Assembly (NCBI RefSeq): GCF_026210795.1
Contig: NC_089432.1
Coordinates: 186,001-250,000, forward strand
Origin: Rhizophagus irregularis
Taxonomy: Eukaryota
DNA length: 64,000 bases
Reading direction: 5' to 3'
Part shown: piece by piece, positions 61,661-64,000 of the stretch
Layout: every line of letters starts with the position of its first letter
How positions within the stretch are numbered: the stretch's first letter is position 1
Made by a program: the position numbers and the translations under genes
Notes under the pieces: model-generated
The model's database searches: none
What the model was told of the DNA's origin: nothing
What the model saw: only the letters and a program-made list of their open reading frames with translations

Positions 61661-63754
61661 TTAAATTTTTTCATATGAATAATTAGATGTTATTTCTTCA
61701 ACAGATTTCCATAAAATACGTCGAAAACCAATTACTAATATAACAAATCCTTTTAATTTATTAGGATTTGATTTAGTTATTTTAATTCTTTTATCATATA
61801 TTCCTGAACTATAATAATCATTTGATTTTCCTTTTGAAATAATATTCATATATGATTTCAATTGTTTAATTCCATTATTTAATACTTCTTCTATAGTTAC
61901 TTTTTTAGTTTCATTATGTTCTTTTGACCAATATTCATATGATCTTTTTAAGAGAATTTTTTCATCTTCTTTTTCAATAATTTTATCTAAATTTTCTAAA
62001 TCATTTGTATTAAACTTCTTTTTTTTAATTAATCCAACTAATGAAATATATTTTAATTCTAAACTAATATTATTATTTCCTATTCCTTTTAAGATAAAAA
62101 TATCTGAATATCCAAATCGGCCAAATCCTTTTAATTTTGTACCATCCATTACTAATGATAATTCAGGAATACGATATTTTAATGGTAAAAGATTTTCAAC
62201 AATTGCCTGAAGAACAGGTTCATTTGCAGAAGATAATGATATTTGTGATCTTGTTAATAAAAATGTTTTTAAAAGTTCAATAAAAGGTAAAATATTATTT
62301 GCAATAAGATTTTCATATGCTGAAGTGATAAGAAGAGCATCATTCACAACCTGTCTATATACTAATTTATCTTTATTTTGTTCTAAAATTCGAATTTGTT
62401 TTGTTATAAGTTCTAATAAATAATTATAAAAGTTAATAAATAATATAAATATAAAAAAAAAATAATAAAAATATTATAATTTACCAGAAGATGAATCAGT
62501 ATCATTATTTCGTGTTCTTTTTAAATTTCCTTTTTGTTTAACTTGAAAATCAATTTTTTCAGTCCAAATCTTATTAAAAGTTGATTCCAATTCTTCTCCT
62601 AAAATATGCATTTCACTTCCTATATCATTATATATATAACAATTGCGAAATATAAGACGAATATCTTTTTCAAATCCTTCAATACTTGTATATTGATTAT
62701 TTTCTAATTTTGAAATTATTGTAAATAAATCCATTGAATTTTTTATATTCTCATTTGAAATTTCATAAAATGGATGAATATTAGATTTAATATCAAGTTC
62801 TTGAAAAATATCATAACAAAAGTCAATAAGTTGAGAATTTTCAGAATTATTTTCAGTAGAAATAGAATGATTTTTAATAGGAATTTTGATTTTTTTTGAA
62901 TGAGATGAATTAGAAATGGATTGATTTTTAATAGGAATAAAATAATCATCATCAGTATTTTCAATAATTTGTTGTGAATAAGAAGAATTAGCAGATACTA
63001 TGTTTTCTTTTTTATTATATTTTTCAACATTCTTTTTTGAATGGGATGAATTAGAAATGTGTGAACAAGATGAATCAGCAAGCACTATGTTTTCTTTTTC
63101 ATTATTTTCTTCAATAAATACTTGATTTTCTTTATATTCTTTAATAATTTCTTGCCAAAATATTTTTAATGTTTTTGCATACCGAAATCGTTCTGCAATT
63201 ACCTATTATTAGAAACAGTTTATTAGTAGTGTGTTAAAATTTTATTTAGTAATATAAGAAGGTACATAGCCAATTCCTTCTCCAGAATTAGCAGACTTAT
63301 ATCAACTACAAAGTTAGGACACCTGAACCGAGAAGCTTGGAGTGGTTACCACGACTTGTCAAATCCAGTAAATTCCCTAAGTTAAGTTCTGATTAACTCT
63401 AGGGGTTACCCTAACTTTGCAAAATAAAAAAAAACACACCTTATCTTTTAAATCAGGAAAATCTTTTTTAAGGAAATCTTTTTTTTCTCTCAAAAAACGA
63501 ACAGCCCAAAGATTATCAAGATTTTTCCAATTATCTAAATTTGAAGTAGTATCAATTGAAGCAATAATAATATCACGGTGATTTGTTAAGAACCTCCAAT
63601 ATGATTTTGTTGTCCTATTGTTATCTGATAAATAAGAGATAAGAGCTAAAAAGATTGAAAGAATTGGGTTAATTATTAATACTACAATCTACAAGTTAAA
63701 ATGCAGTTCACAAGATTTACCATTTTGACCAATGAAATCTTCAGATGTGTTCAT
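61661..63754 (-). CDS. Bromodomain-PD-(D/E)XK nuclease fusion protein (4 exons, 569 aa)
   Basis: Exons 63754-63721 (MNTSEDFIGQN), 63645-63440, 63202-62485 and 62412-61661 join in frame with GT-AG introns (1710 nt including stop). Bromodomain motif HPF...MDL.TI.SKLENNQY.S...F..DI.LIF.NC..YN...S...LE..F...W; C-terminal E...GYSDIFI...SLELKY...QL..Y nuclease motif. Confidence 0.8.
63269..63421 (-). ncRNA. Candidate structured intronic RNA element (unassigned)
   Basis: Lies inside the 237-nt intron 63439-63203. A 10-bp perfect outer stem (63309-63318 / 63410-63419) encloses two stems and is followed by a separate hairpin (63269-63292). Most stem mismatches are G-U only in the sense orientation. 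Confidence 0.4.
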
Positions 63755-63767
63755 GTTTGAAATTGAT

Positions 63768-63860
63768 AAAGATAATTGAGAGTTTAATAATTAAATAAAA
63801 AAAGATAATTGAGAGTTTAATAATTAAATAAAAAAAGAGAAATTGATGAGAGTTTAATGT
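63768..63860. repeat. 33-bp tandem repeat just upstream of the bromodomain-nuclease gene
   Basis: AAAGATAATTGAGAGTTTAATAATTAAATAAAA twice, plus a degenerate third copy. Confidence 0.8.
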
Positions 63861-64000
63861 CTTAAATAAAAAAAAATCCTTGTAGATAGTGTGACTCAGA
63901 CTGACATACTGATTTATCAAAGTGAAAAAAATTAACACTACAATTATAATGATTAAATCTATTATTTATCATATTAACAAGAACTTAATCATTTTGCTAA

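Noticed and set aside
63741..63938. 65-aa ORF with a repeated FFYLIIKLSII peptide
   Set aside because: Product of the 33-bp tandem repeat. It overlaps the proposed first exon of the bromodomain-nuclease gene in another frame.

Overview
Very AT-rich eukaryotic genomic DNA with short GT-AG introns (mostly ~60-105 nt). The gene content is typical of an arbuscular mycorrhizal fungus (Glomeromycotina, Rhizophagus-like); this taxonomic call is an inference from gene families, not a database result. The window is a gene-family and transposon island with five components. (1) Thirteen paralogous, intronless, kinase-free Sel1-like-repeat genes (11 open ORFs, 2 pseudogenes; 3-7 repeats each) that are sequence mosaics of one another and mostly share a conserved ACTGCRGT...AAATAAATATGCAGT upstream module. 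(2) Three TKL-type protein kinase genes: one carries ~27 highly similar N-terminal Sel1 repeats and two frameshifts, one is frameshifted, one is intact. (3) Two F-box/LRR-like genes. (4) An intact 4-exon gene reconstructed at 63754-61661 (minus strand) that fuses a bromodomain to a PD-(D/E)XK nuclease; its long second intron contains a predicted multi-stem RNA structure. (5) Many transposon relics: two LINE fragments, a Tc1/IS630-like fragment, several MITEs, and a MULE transposase interrupted by a nest of five insertions, each with identifiable termini and/or target-site duplications. No rRNA, tRNA or CRISPR array was seen.
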